The notes below the pieces were generated by a model. That model was given only the letters and a program-made list of their open reading frames with translations. It was not told where the DNA came from and searched no databases. DNA of 58,724 nt, filler included, from Sphacelaria rigidula (Eukaryota): NCBI GenBank assembly GCA_964200075.2. It is 10 parts of 10 records of this genome, joined end to end, with 100 filler letters (N's around TTAATTAATTAA, not from the genome) between each part and the next. Parts side by side here need not be neighbours in the genome. Positions count along the whole stretch, not along the records: positions 35,297 to 41,078 come from CAXNAA020024504.1; positions 41,179 to 46,960 come from CAXNAA020024505.1; positions 47,061 to 52,842 come from CAXNAA020024506.1; 7 more parts are not named here. The stretch is one strand, 5' to 3'. Of this stretch, positions 37,331 to 49,357 are shown piece by piece. Position numbers and translations under genes: made by a program. How positions within the stretch are numbered: the stretch's first letter is position 1; every line of letters starts with the position of its first letter.

Positions 37331-39930
37331 AGGCCGCTGTGCTCGTGGCAACTTTGATTTGCTTTCTAGTGTGCACGCGAACAGACAGCTTCTCATGGGT
37401 GCAGTCGTGGCGCGGCTCATGCTGTATGAATAGAGCCGGTTTGGCAGCGGCTGTACCCACTGCATAACTGTACCGTGGGTCGCGTAGACGAGCTTGTCAA
37501 AGGGTATGCCATGCCTACTCAAGAATGCCGTACCCTTTGAAGCATTTATCACTGAGTTTGCTCGTCGACTACTGCACAGACAGACGGCTCACCACTACTC
37601 TGAAGCAAATGGTATCAATTGCCCATCCATTGTTTGTCTCGATTCGCGTTGGCACAACAGCAGTCCAGAGCAGCACGTATGCGTTACATTTCCTACCTGT
37701 GCTTCTGTACTGTACTGTGACAGAAGTAAATACAGGGGTACGTGCTGTTATCGCCATGAGGCTCGACATAGTTCACAGTCAAATATACGGGGAACCCAGA
37801 AGTTGCTGTCACCATCCTTAATCCCCGTCTGCGTGCAGCAATCAGTTTTTATCTCTGCATTTTTCGGTGTTTGTGTCTCACTGCAAGAGGTCTCGTGAGA
37901 CAGTGGTGCGGTGCTTTGCGTACGTGATGAGAGGTACAATATCTCGAACTCGACGTTTCTGTTTATTGAACCGTAATTGTACTGTTGCACATAGTGGGGA
38001 ACAGGGTGGCGGAGAATAGTTCAACCAATAGCGTATTCGCGAGATTGAAAATAGTGGATACGATTGAGAGTGAAAAGCGGTCAATTATTTACTGAACAGT
38101 TTCAGTTCCGAAATGCCCCTCCATGAGGCCCGATATGCTTTCTGCAGTTTCTTGCCACTGGAGCCCTTGATATCCCTTGAGTAAAAAATCGATGTGTAGC
38201 CGTAAGCACCCGGCAGGGTTATAGGCAATGAAAAGCACACAGAGAATGAGTAACTGGTCAAGTTGAAACGAATGATCAAAGCCACTCTCGATCAACGCTG
38301 TACTCTCAATCTCACGAAAACATTGTTAACCGTGGTATGAAAGTCTATGGGGGGCGGTCTTGCAGCGTGCGACACGAACTGCTAATACACCTACATTCGA
38401 TTGCGCCCGGAATAATCTGAAGATGGTATGAGTAGATTACGGAGCTTGAGACACTGTACTGTTGTTGCACATAGTGGGGCACAGGGCGGCGGAGGATAGT
38501 TCAACCGTGGTATGCGGTAAAGTCTATGGGGAACGCAGTCTTGCAGCGTGCGACATGAGCTACAAATACATCTGCAGTCAGATATACCGAAATACTCGAG
38601 TTTGAGATAGCGGTGCGCACACGTGACCGCGCGCAGAACCGGCTCCCATGCCGACCGCACACCGGTGCGGTTTAGCGAGCCTCTGCTCAACAACATCGCG
38701 ACGACGCGTGTTCCTTCTGGACTCCCAAGCGGTCATGAACGCCTGCCGAAATATTGCAGGATCAGCCACCGCGATCACGCTTGTTCGAAGAGTCGCAAAG
38801 GCGAGCGTATGAGCGTTCCGCTCACACCCACACTAAATGTAGCACGAAATACGCGGACTGGACACCTAGCATTGGCGTTCGCCCGGACAGTCATCTCCCG
38901 AGGCGGGCGCTGAGGAACTTGCACACAAAAATCAGCATAAATGTCGTGGACGCCTCATTACAAAGTAGGCTGCGCGCTCTTGCGTCCAAGATGTTACACT
39001 TCCTCTGTTTCATAAGTCTGGGAACCTATCTTAGTACGAGCCCTTAAAGGTGTCCGATTTGATTTCTAATTTTTTGATTGCATTCGTTGGCATTTTTTGA
39101 GCTAAAAACAACACTCCTTCTGCAACGTGGGTGCTCGACGCGTGCAGTGTCGCGGTCGAGAAAAAGTAGGTCGGCAAAAAAACGGCAATTTTTCGCTCTT
39201 TTTCCCAGTGAGCATGGGGGATTCGGGAACACGAAAAATCGCGAAAAACCGTGAAAAAACCGTGAAAATCGCAAAAGAACCAGTGATTTTGTATATGTCC
39301 GTGACGTTAATCTACGCACGCCCCATCAAACATATTTTCAACATGTAATCGCTGGTGTTTGACGTAAAAACGTACAAAAATGGTCAATATTGGGGGTATA
39401 CGCGGACCAAAAATGGGCCAAAATGGGCATATTTTGACGTCATTTTAGTGTGGATCACTGACTTTTTTTTTTTTGCATCAGCTTCGTCGGTGTTTCATCT
39501 TTCCAACGAACCCAACTATAGGATGATCGGAAGTGTTTGAATGCGCAAACGATTGAACGTCCATAAGTGCCCGGACTTATGAATCAGAGGAAGTATATAT
39601 ACTATGTTCAGGTGACTTGTAACACAGAACACATGAAACCACAACGGTTGTCAATAGCATCGCTCGGGGAACACAAATTGGCTAGAAATAACGCTCTGGG
39701 CACGCAGACGCGTGTGTTGTACTACCAAAGTCGATGTGTTCTGTGTGAGAGCAAAATTCGAAATTGGGTTTTTGGCGGATTTGACTCTTGCGGGGTTCGC
39801 GACCTGTACGCTCTTATTTGCTTACCCCACCTGCAAAAGGGCCGCGCCACCGAAGAGCCCTACCCCACGAAATGACGGGTGGGAAACAAGATGTTCACAA
39901 GATTCAATATTCGTATGACATGAACATACG

Positions 39931-40330
39931 GTGGAGAACATGTACGCATGATCCGCGCTGCATAAATCAGAAGTGGAGAACATTTACATCTGATACACTT
40001 TGTATGAATGGAAGGTAGAGAAAATGTACGTATGATTCATGCCGCATGAATGGAAATTGGGAAACATGTACGCTTGATTCATCTCGTATAAAAAGGAGGC
40101 TGGGAACATTTACGTATGATTCATGCTGCATGGACAGAAATTGGGGAATCTGTACGCTTGATTCACTTCGTACGAATGGAAGTTGGGGTGCGTGTGCCAA
40201 TCGTTCATGCTGAGTGGATAAAAACTGGGAAACATGGACCTATAATTCACGCCATACGAATGGAAGGTAGGAAACTTGTACCTTTGACGGTGTACCGCAC
40301 GAATCACGAACTGGGAATGTGTACACGCAA
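39931..40330. repeat. Degenerate 42-bp minisatellite, ~9.5 units
   Basis: Units start at 39931, 39973, 40015, 40057, 40099, 40141, 40183, 40225 and 40267. Consensus is approximately NTGGGAAACATGTACGYWTGATTCAYNYYGYAYGAATGGAAR. Confidence 0.85.
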
Positions 40331-43300
40331 GGTGGTGTCGTGCGAATCACGAACCCAAAACATGTACAAATAACAATTTGTGTACAAATCGTATGATTGA
40401 TTCGTCCAAAAGTTGACTATGAGTCGAATCACGATAATAATAATAGTAAGAAGAAGAAGAAGAAGAAAAATAACTAGTGGTAAGCCACGGCTAACGCGAA
40501 TGGCAGCAGTGCCGCAGGTATCAACACGACGGGTCTCTTGAACGTGGAGGCTTGAACTAAAATAGCCAAGAGCAGAAAGCGACCCTGACCTTAACCAATG
40601 CATTAGTATTAGCAGATAAGGACTTTCAACTCCAAGATGAGGTGCTAGTCGGAGGGGTGCTAAACTCCGAAAAGTGTCCGGGCTGTCCGAGGACATTTTA
40701 TCGACCATAGACCATGTTTCTTCCTTGCTCCGGATACGCTCGGTTGCAGCTGACATCCCGGGATTTCACCTTTTTTTCGAATGTGTTTCAGGCTTACCCT
40801 TAAAACCCCGCAAAAAAGTTGAACAAAAAAGTACGTTCCCGATTTGTTTTGCTGACCGCGGGACGTGCCCTGAGAAAGGTTACACTTCGCCGCCCTCACT
40901 GTTTTTTTCGTCGCACTTCGAACTCCCCCCCTTTCTCGGGATGAGTCCGTGGTCTCGAGGGATCAACCCATCTCTCCCCCAATATAACTGAATCAAAGGA
41001 AATGGAAAATGAGCACAGAGGGAGGGAACTGGGGAGAGAACGTCGAAGGGGCGATCTAAGCAGGAAAGTACGTGAGCANNNNNNNNNNNNNNNNNNNNNN
41101 NNNNNNNNNNNNNNNNNNNNNNTTAATTAATTAANNNNNNNNNNNNNNNNNNNNNNNNNNNNNNNNNNNNNNNNNNNNAGTGTAACAGCTGTGGCTGTCT
41201 CAATGAGTTGCTTTATTCTGTGGTATCGCCACTTCTAGAGACAGCCACAGCTGTTACACTGCCTCATGGTCTAGAGGTTTCGCCCCCGCCTACGATGAGG
41301 ATTGGGCGCCGTTGGATGGGGTGGTGCATCGCAAAAGCGTTAAGTGGTGTCGAGGGCATGACATGGTACTACTGTCCACAGTCGTGCCGTACAAGTGACA
41401 ACTTTTCCCCTACCGCACGGTTATAACCGGTGCTACAGTACCACCATTTGGAGACTGCATTCACTTGGACCCATTGGCCGTGAGGGTAGTTCATCTGGAC
41501 CACGTATGTTTTTTTCGAGTGAAATTGATGCCGATTCAATAGATGACCCTACTATCGCCATCCCAGGGTTAATGAGGATTGTGTTGAGGTGTTGCAAGAA
41601 GTGTCACGGTCTAAGACAATTTTTTCATGGCAGGCACCAATCTTAATCTGTACGCAACTCGTGAGTATTCAAATCGGGAAACACCTATTATGGCACCCAA
41701 TTTGGCTCAAGTAGGGGAAGCTCAAATCGGGATGTCACAATTTGACAACGGTTTTCCAGGAATCTGGGGGCAGATCAGGGAGAAATCCGTGCAGTGACGT
41801 AGGATGATGGGGCAACGGGCGTTTGATATTTTCGAAACCGTGGCAGCAGACAGTCTCGTGACAGCACAGGCCGTGCCTGTCCGCGCCAGCTGCTGAAGCA
41901 GCTTCGCGCGGGTTTTGATAAGCGGATAAGAAGTGTTGACGCCATACCCTGCGAAGATGATGATATATTATGCTGCACTGCGCTGCCGCATGTGTCACCA
42001 TAGCAAACGGTACTGTACTATCCTAGTCTGTTGCCGCTGTACTTGCAGGGTGATGTATGGCACTGCACTACTGAACTCTTCTCGCACACTCTTCACAGTT
42101 CTCGAAATACCGACTGTCCCATCATGTATTACCACACGGAATTATCGTGTACTGTGATAGGGGAGTGTACTGCACCGCATTAAACCCTAGGAAATCACGG
42201 CACGACGCTTTCCTTGAAGGAGGATCAACTGCCCGCCTGTTCTTCGGCTTCACCGTGAATGCGATACCACACCCCTGCGGAAAATGCCCCTCCATGTACA
42301 GAACTATTTCAACCAATCTGCGAGGCCATAATGGGGCTCTACAAAGCTGACTTTCGCAAATATGAATCACCCCCCTTTCGCACAGATTGAGGTCTCTTCA
42401 GATTCCGGATTCGTGCCCGAAATATATGGTCCAAGGGTTAGGGAGTCGGTAGGCATTCGAAGAGGAAGCCGATCGTCTTTGGAAATATACTTGACAAATC
42501 TGTGTTGGAACAATATGGAGCAAAACTTCAGTGCTCGTAACGCGTTGGACGGCAGCGGCCAAAGCCTCACCTCCCCCATGCCGCAGCAGAAGGATGGGGT
42601 TTCGCCCCCACCTACTTCACTGCTGCACTGTGATAACCGGCGCTACATCACCATCACTTGATTTTTGCGTGACCTTTATTAGACCGCGGGGGTAGGTCAT
42701 TTGTTCAGTCGGCATCAATTTCATCGACTGCCCTCGCAACAAAGGGGTTAATCAAGATTTTTTCGCAGTCACACCGTATCGACTGTCCGCGACCCTTGGG
42801 ACAGACAGCAAGAGCACGTCATCGGTTGAGTCGGCATCAATTTCCCTTGGAAAAACTAAGCATTATCCGGATGGACTACCCTCTCGTGGCCAAGGGGCTC
42901 ATCGGGATTTGTCAGAAGCGTCACAGGGCGCCACTCCGCTCAGTTTGGTCCTTGCTTCTTCGGTATAGATTCTCTACTTGTGTAGCGCTGCCGGGTTGGC
43001 GCCAACACGGCACGGGCAGACCTCCTCTCTTCTTTCGTGATTAGCTGTCAGTTCACACACCACTCTTGAACTCGACGCCGTAGCAACCACCCGACAGTAA
43101 GGTGACAGGGCGTTCGAGAGCAGCGCACTACCCGTTTTTGTCACATTGTTGCTGGGATATATATATATATATATATTTGTACGGCGCACACCGCACTGCG
43201 TTTTACCAGCGCACGCAGGTCAAACCCCCCATTGCCTGATGGGTGTCCGGCCTCGTTAGGTGAGGGTTCGTGACGCTAAAAAACACTGGACTGCTGTGCA

Positions 43301-43729
43301 TGTGTGCAGTAAGTAGTATTGGTAGACGACGGAAAACGGGGTTTTCAATTTCAAGGGGTACGGAAAATGATGTCACCGTCTGCTAGTTGCATCATCTCTC
43401 GCTATGCTCGTTCGTAGTGATTGATGGTAACGATTACTCTTCCTGCACACAGCGTATTGGAAAAAAGAATTATGATTTGACAATTTTTATGCTGATCAAG
43501 GTAACCAAATAAGCTTTACGCTTACACTCATTAAAGTATTCGTCGGAGTTTCATTGCGCTATTGAAATATCTGATAATATTTCATACTGCAAATACTACG
43601 AATACTACGAATGCGAATACGAATACCGAAACTTGAACGAATATGAATTCGAACACAAACACAAGCACGAATACAGATACGAATACGAATACGCTGATAC
43701 TAATACTAATACTAAATAAAAAGAGATGC

Positions 43730-44240
43730 AACATGATCTTGCATGAGGCAGTCATGAGGCCGTTGACCTTGCATCCCTACAAAGCTGGGATGGCGCACGC
43801 TGGATTTTCGCCAGACCGGGCTCGCAATCAATCACCAAGTGCGAAGCGCCGTGGTGTGTTCGGCGAACCGCATGAAGGGTGAGCTACATCCCGCTAAGAT
43901 TGTTCGGCCCAAAGCGAACTGATTGCCTTGCATACGGAGGATAGCCTACAACGAGTTGCTTCATTTTCTGGTATCGCCGCTTCCATGCCGGGACCGCCTT
44001 GGCTTACACACTACCTCACGGGTGTCTCACCATTCAAACACTACGCAGTACGATCATCCCCTTTGCTCGGAGTTGAGGTTCTCTCATCCGCGCGGTATGA
44101 TCTGGCTCGACCACCATCATGGCTCCCGCAAAAAAACGCTAGCGCGCAAAAAAATCGGCAACCTGATTGCCTAGCTTACGCAGTGAGTGGCGTGTTTTAT
44201 AGCGTCGTTTCCAACCGACACCAACCCCGTATGGGGGGTA
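43730..44240 (-). mobile_element. Family A element, near full-length copy
   Basis: Colinear with 24590-25108, through ttgcctagcttacgc..gagtggc.tgtttt..agcgtcgtt.ccaaccga, followed by a G-rich tract. Confidence 0.8.
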
Positions 44241-44400
44241 GAGGGGGTAGGGGGGGTACACGGACATGCACTTCATCTTCTTTTTTTTTAAACGCACACA
44301 TACTCCCTTCTCTCTTTCTCTCTGTCTCTGTTTCTGTCTCTTTCTCCCCCTCTCTTATTCTTGTTTTCTGTTTCCTGTCCACATTTTTCACATTTCACAC

Positions 44401-44571
44401 CTTGACGTCGACGATGACCTGATCCTCCAAGTCTTCTACAGGTGCAGGCACGAGCTGATCCGCCATCCCACCGTTCCCGCAGCGACCGTACTCGCCAGAC
44501 CCGCACGTCCACACTTCGCCGTCTGTGGTGAGGAACACTGTGTGGTTTTGCCCCGCATCAACCATCGATAC
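44401..44571 (-). CDS. RCC1-repeat (RCC1-like domain) protein, internal exon
   Basis: tcag|GTA acceptor and AAG|gtgtga donor, 171 nt in phase 0. Encodes VSMVDAGQNHTVFLTTDGEVWTCGSGEYGRCGNG...LVPAPVEDL, a canonical RCC1 repeat. Confidence 0.88.
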
Positions 44572-46809
44572 CTGATAATTGATGGTGAAAAAACACACTA
44601 ACTTGATGAATTATTGAACACTTAAACACACGAAACCGACAGAAAGAAATAGAAGCAACTGACCCCAGAAGAAAATTGTACGTACACATGAGCGCAAAGA
44701 CGTACACTCATCGCATCGAAAAGAGTAGAAAACGTGTGTGACAACCACGACAACAACAACAGCAACAACAACGATAAACAGCACGAGCTCCATACACAAC
44801 GTACACCACAAATTCCATGAACCCGACTTTTTTCTCTAGTCAGCGTAACTTCCGTCAGCGTTAAGGCTGAAAAAAGAAGAAAAAAAGTGACGGGCTGTTA
44901 TGCTGAAATCATGCTTGTCAGCCCCACTGCTTTCAACTAACCTAAACGACCGTTATTTACCCTTACGCTGATGAAAGACGAAAAAACTCAAGCTTCTTTT
45001 TTTCGTCAGTATTGCATACGAGGGGGCTCATTACACAGTTTACAGTTTACGGCTTTTGCTTCAATGCGAGGAGAGGTACGCATGACTTGGGACAAAACAT
45101 AGAAGCCACCACGAGGAAGACTTTTCTCGGCATGCCTGGTGAGACAAGGTATTTCTAGCGTTGGCTTCGTTACTGCTGGCGTAGCCCACATGGGGATTAG
45201 CGGCGTGGTCCACATGGGGATCAGCGTGCTGTGAGAGCTGGGGGGCGCTTTTGATGTATAGTCAGTGCGCTTTTGATGTACAGTCAGTGCGCGCTGGGAA
45301 GGGACGGTGTGTTGAAATGCTCATTCCTCCTTCACTCGGCCAAGGCCATCACAACTTAGCGCACCCGCGGGGTGTATGATTCTACCGCGATCACAAGGGC
45401 ATTTTCCCAGACACATGAACTATGGACTACCGGAGCTTTAACGTATAGCTAAATTTTGATGGCCTAGAATTCACCACTGCGGTACATCATGTTCGGCATC
45501 GACACCGTCGAGCAACTCAGCCCATCCGGACAACAAGAATGAAGCCAAAATCAAACAGCCGAACAACACTCTGTTGCATGCAAAAAAATGACATTTGGAC
45601 GATGCCGTCGCCGTCGAGTGCAGACAGAGAAAGTCATGTCTGAGGTGTACTCGTACCTTGTCTCTATAGCAGCAGCGGGGAGCTACGTATCATGACACAA
45701 ATCAAGCTGTGTACCCAGCTGTGCCCGTTTTGCAGCCAGGAAAAAAAAAAAAAGACACACAAAAAAACTGACGACGCCGTCATGGTATAAGCCATAAAAC
45801 ACAGGCTTGGGCAACAAGGTGTCAGATCATCGAACCCTCACTGTACTTGCTGGCGGCTCCTGCAGTGCCGAGTTGAACGCGCAGTAACCACAGACAGTAC
45901 CGTGTTTGTTTGTATAGGTCTGGCGTAGACATGCTCGAGAACAGATGGAAAAAATGCGGCTGATGCAAGCAAATCAGCAAGCACATCGAAAAAAAGCCAC
46001 TTCATGCCAAGTTACGCTGACATTTTTTTGCGGGAGGTTCATCATCGTTTCCTGATGTTAGCTGAAAACAAAACACGCCCAATACTGACGAAAATCCATG
46101 CGTTTCTTTCCCCGAAATTATCTAATAAATTAGAGACAAGATACTGTGATATCAAGCATGTGACAGTAACCAGTGAAAACTGTCGGTGTGGTTCTACATA
46201 TCTATGGATCAAACGATAGCAACAGCAACAGCGACAGCAACAGCAACAGCAACAACACAGCAGCAGAAGTAGCAGTAGCAATCGTCGGATGAGCGTGTCT
46301 TTCGGAGCATTGTTGAGGACATTTGCCCAAACTGGCTGGGGGTCGGCGAGCACAGATTTTTGCGCACGAATTTTTGTTCAGCGGCCAATCTCGAAACCTC
46401 GGAGTCAAGGGAATCTGAAAAGCAGACTAAGCTCCTCTCTGTGGGGTGATGCAAAGTGTCCGAGACGTGTGTTGGCAGTTTTCTTGGATTAGGGGTTAAA
46501 AGGTGGGTCAAACGCGCCAAAAGTGGACAATCTGTGGGCCAAAATCTGTTCGCCATAACATCCGGCCTACGAGGCAAAATCTACATGCAAACCAAATGAC
46601 GAGAGCTGAGCACACCGAGCAACTGGGAACTCCCATGGTTGGGGATCGTTTTTGCCAATGTCGCCCATATGAGGGGCTTCATGAAGTCTGAAACCAGCTA
46701 TCATGCGCTGTATGGCCGTTTTCTTCGTGACAGTTTTGGGGCTGCTCTGGGGACGGGACGGGACGGAGAGGGGCATGACGACATCACTCATATACATGAA
46801 CCATAACTT

Positions 46810-46960
46810 CCAAGGGTCGGGCGAATCAATGATTCGTCTGGAAATCATTTGGTTTTAGTGTATTTGATTCGAATCGTACGAATCAATCCCTGGGCTTTGT
46901 TTTCAGCGTTGCACCCCAGGTACACGCAGCCCAGACACATGTAATGGCGCAAGGGTTGCG
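46810..46960 (+). repeat. Family B repeat (cut by contig end)
   Basis: Aligns with 26441-26600 and 7795-7930. Confidence 0.8.
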
Positions 46961-48409
46961 NNNNNNNNNNNNNNNNNNNNNNNNNNNNNNNNNNNNNNNN
47001 NNNNTTAATTAATTAANNNNNNNNNNNNNNNNNNNNNNNNNNNNNNNNNNNNNNNNNNNNCCCCACGCCGTACCGACCAGACCGGTCATGGCCTTCGTCG
47101 GAGGACGGGGAACGGAGTGTTAACTCACGAAAAAAAAAACTTTTTGGTGCATCTTCCCGATTTTTTTATTATGCCCTATGCATTGTCCATACCAAATTTC
47201 AGGGTCCAACTCTTATAAATATTGGCCGGCGCATTCGCTTTTCAAGAATCGGATCGGTAGAAATTCGGAACAGTATTTTGCAGGCCACTCACCGGCCCAC
47301 GTTTGGTTTTTTTGTATTGAAATTTTGTGTGGGCCCTCGCCAGAGCATAATTAACAAAACTCAGTTGATCAGTTCTTCGTTTATTCATTTTTTCACTGGT
47401 TGACGGCGTTTTAGTGTGGCAAAGACCATTTCTTTATGAGAACGCCCTAACCTCTATGAAAACAAAAAAATGAAGGCCCATTTTGTTTTTATTCGCCACA
47501 CTCCTGTGGTTCTCCATGTTTCAAATCACAATTCTAAATTTTGAGCTAAAATATTGAGATAAGGCCTGAGAGCAATGTCCATGTCTCCCTAAAACTCCAC
47601 TGAAAACACGAAAAAAAATGAAAAAAAAAAAATGAAAAACGTAACAAGCTGTTCTTATTTTTCTTATTATTGCACCAGCGGTTCACCACACGAAATGACA
47701 TGGAACAACTCTCCAAAACTGAGACGTGATATCCAGATTTAGGGCACCTAGTGCCCCTGCTCTTATTATATTTTGATTATAGTATGGAAACTCACGGGCG
47801 CCATATCTCGGGATATATGAGTTAGGTGCAGGTGAGGGTATTCATCGCCTCCCCGTGCTCCAGAGAATGTTCACACCAGAAGTCGTCGTCATCATCCGCT
47901 GAATGCATCGATTGGGGGTTCCATATAGATTTTAGTATAGACATGATCTCCGTTGGGTATAGGAATGACTAGACATAAGGTTTAATCAACGAGAATATAT
48001 GTGCCAAACATTTTGAGCAAATGGGCACCTCCCCCTTGGTAAGACGATTAATACGATATGCGGGTCACGGCCCAACTCGTCTATGTCGATGATATATTAC
48101 TTTGAGAGCTTGAATCCGTCTTTACGCTGGCCCAGCTCGTAAGGAGTGCTAAAATTTCGTCACAAGCAGCCACCTGCTCCGACACTCCCTCTGGTGCTGT
48201 GCGTTGGGGACCTGCGGTGCACTGTTGGACTACACACTGTTGAACTTCTGTCTTGTGTTCAGTGTAACTCGCTGTACTATCTATGATACTGTACGACTGC
48301 GTTGGAACCAAACTTTTGAAAAAATCCAAATTTTTCTGTCACACGTTTTCTGTCACGAAAAAATGTGACACGAGAAAAGGCCCCAAAACACCATTTTTCA
48401 TGCTGAAAA

Positions 48410-48591
48410 TTGGAATTGATCAATTTCTTGCAAAAAAAACAACAAAAAGTAATCGTAGAGTCTATATTGATCGATTTCTTGCAACGAAGTTTACAAAACA
48501 AAACAATTATGACAATTTTCTAAAAAATGTCCTCCCGAGGAGGGGGGGGGGGGGGGCACGCGTTCGAAATTCTTCTACGCGCTGCCCCCTG
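48410..48591. repeat. Family D repeat end
   Basis: Aligns with 22340-22462. Confidence 0.65.
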
Positions 48592-49357
48592 GTTTGGGTG
48601 TTATGTTCCTTATAAAATAAAAACGATGTACCCCTTGGCTATCGAAAAATAATATCAGATTTGTTTCCCATCAGAAACAAGAAGTGGGTTTTTGGTCGTT
48701 GATCAGAAGACGAAAGGGGCGGCAGCGTTCGAGAGGTCGTGGTGACACCGAGACAAACGAGAACCGGACCGCCGCTACAAAGGAAAGGCTGCTGCATCAA
48801 CAGCCGCCAATCAGAGAACTGACAACAATAGCTCGGGAGGAGTCCACGATGGATATGGCCCAGAAAATACTTGCCTTGTACACGACTAGGGATAACTGCG
48901 AAACATTTCAAAGCCGGGAAACAGATACTTGTAAAAAAGAATTGAATCCACCGGGATTTCAACCCTCAGCTTTTCGCCCTCATGCATTTTAGAGGAAGCA
49001 GGTGCAATCCAGGGCCGCGACGGTATGATGAGTGGGTACAAATGCACCCTTTTGCTCGGCGACCTACCAAACGCATTGTGAGATCAAGAGGTATCAGCCT
49101 AATTGAGATCGAAAAGTAGTAAAATCAGCTAGAAACAATATCAAGCTGCGAGGAAAAGTAGTCGAGATAATCGGCCATCACAAAATAACCCACAAACAAG
49201 ATTCGGCGGCCTTCGCCTCCCCTAGCTATCATCCAAACACCCGGAAACACATAAAATGACATCCATCGCGGACATTTGTGGGGAATCATACCATGCGCAC
49301 ATGACAGGTACTGTGAAACAGCATTATGCCGTATACCAGCTGGGGTGTGTGCACAAG

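Noticed and set aside
39931..40330. CRISPR array
   Set aside because: Contiguous degenerate units without invariant repeats or unique spacers, no cas genes, and a eukaryotic context.
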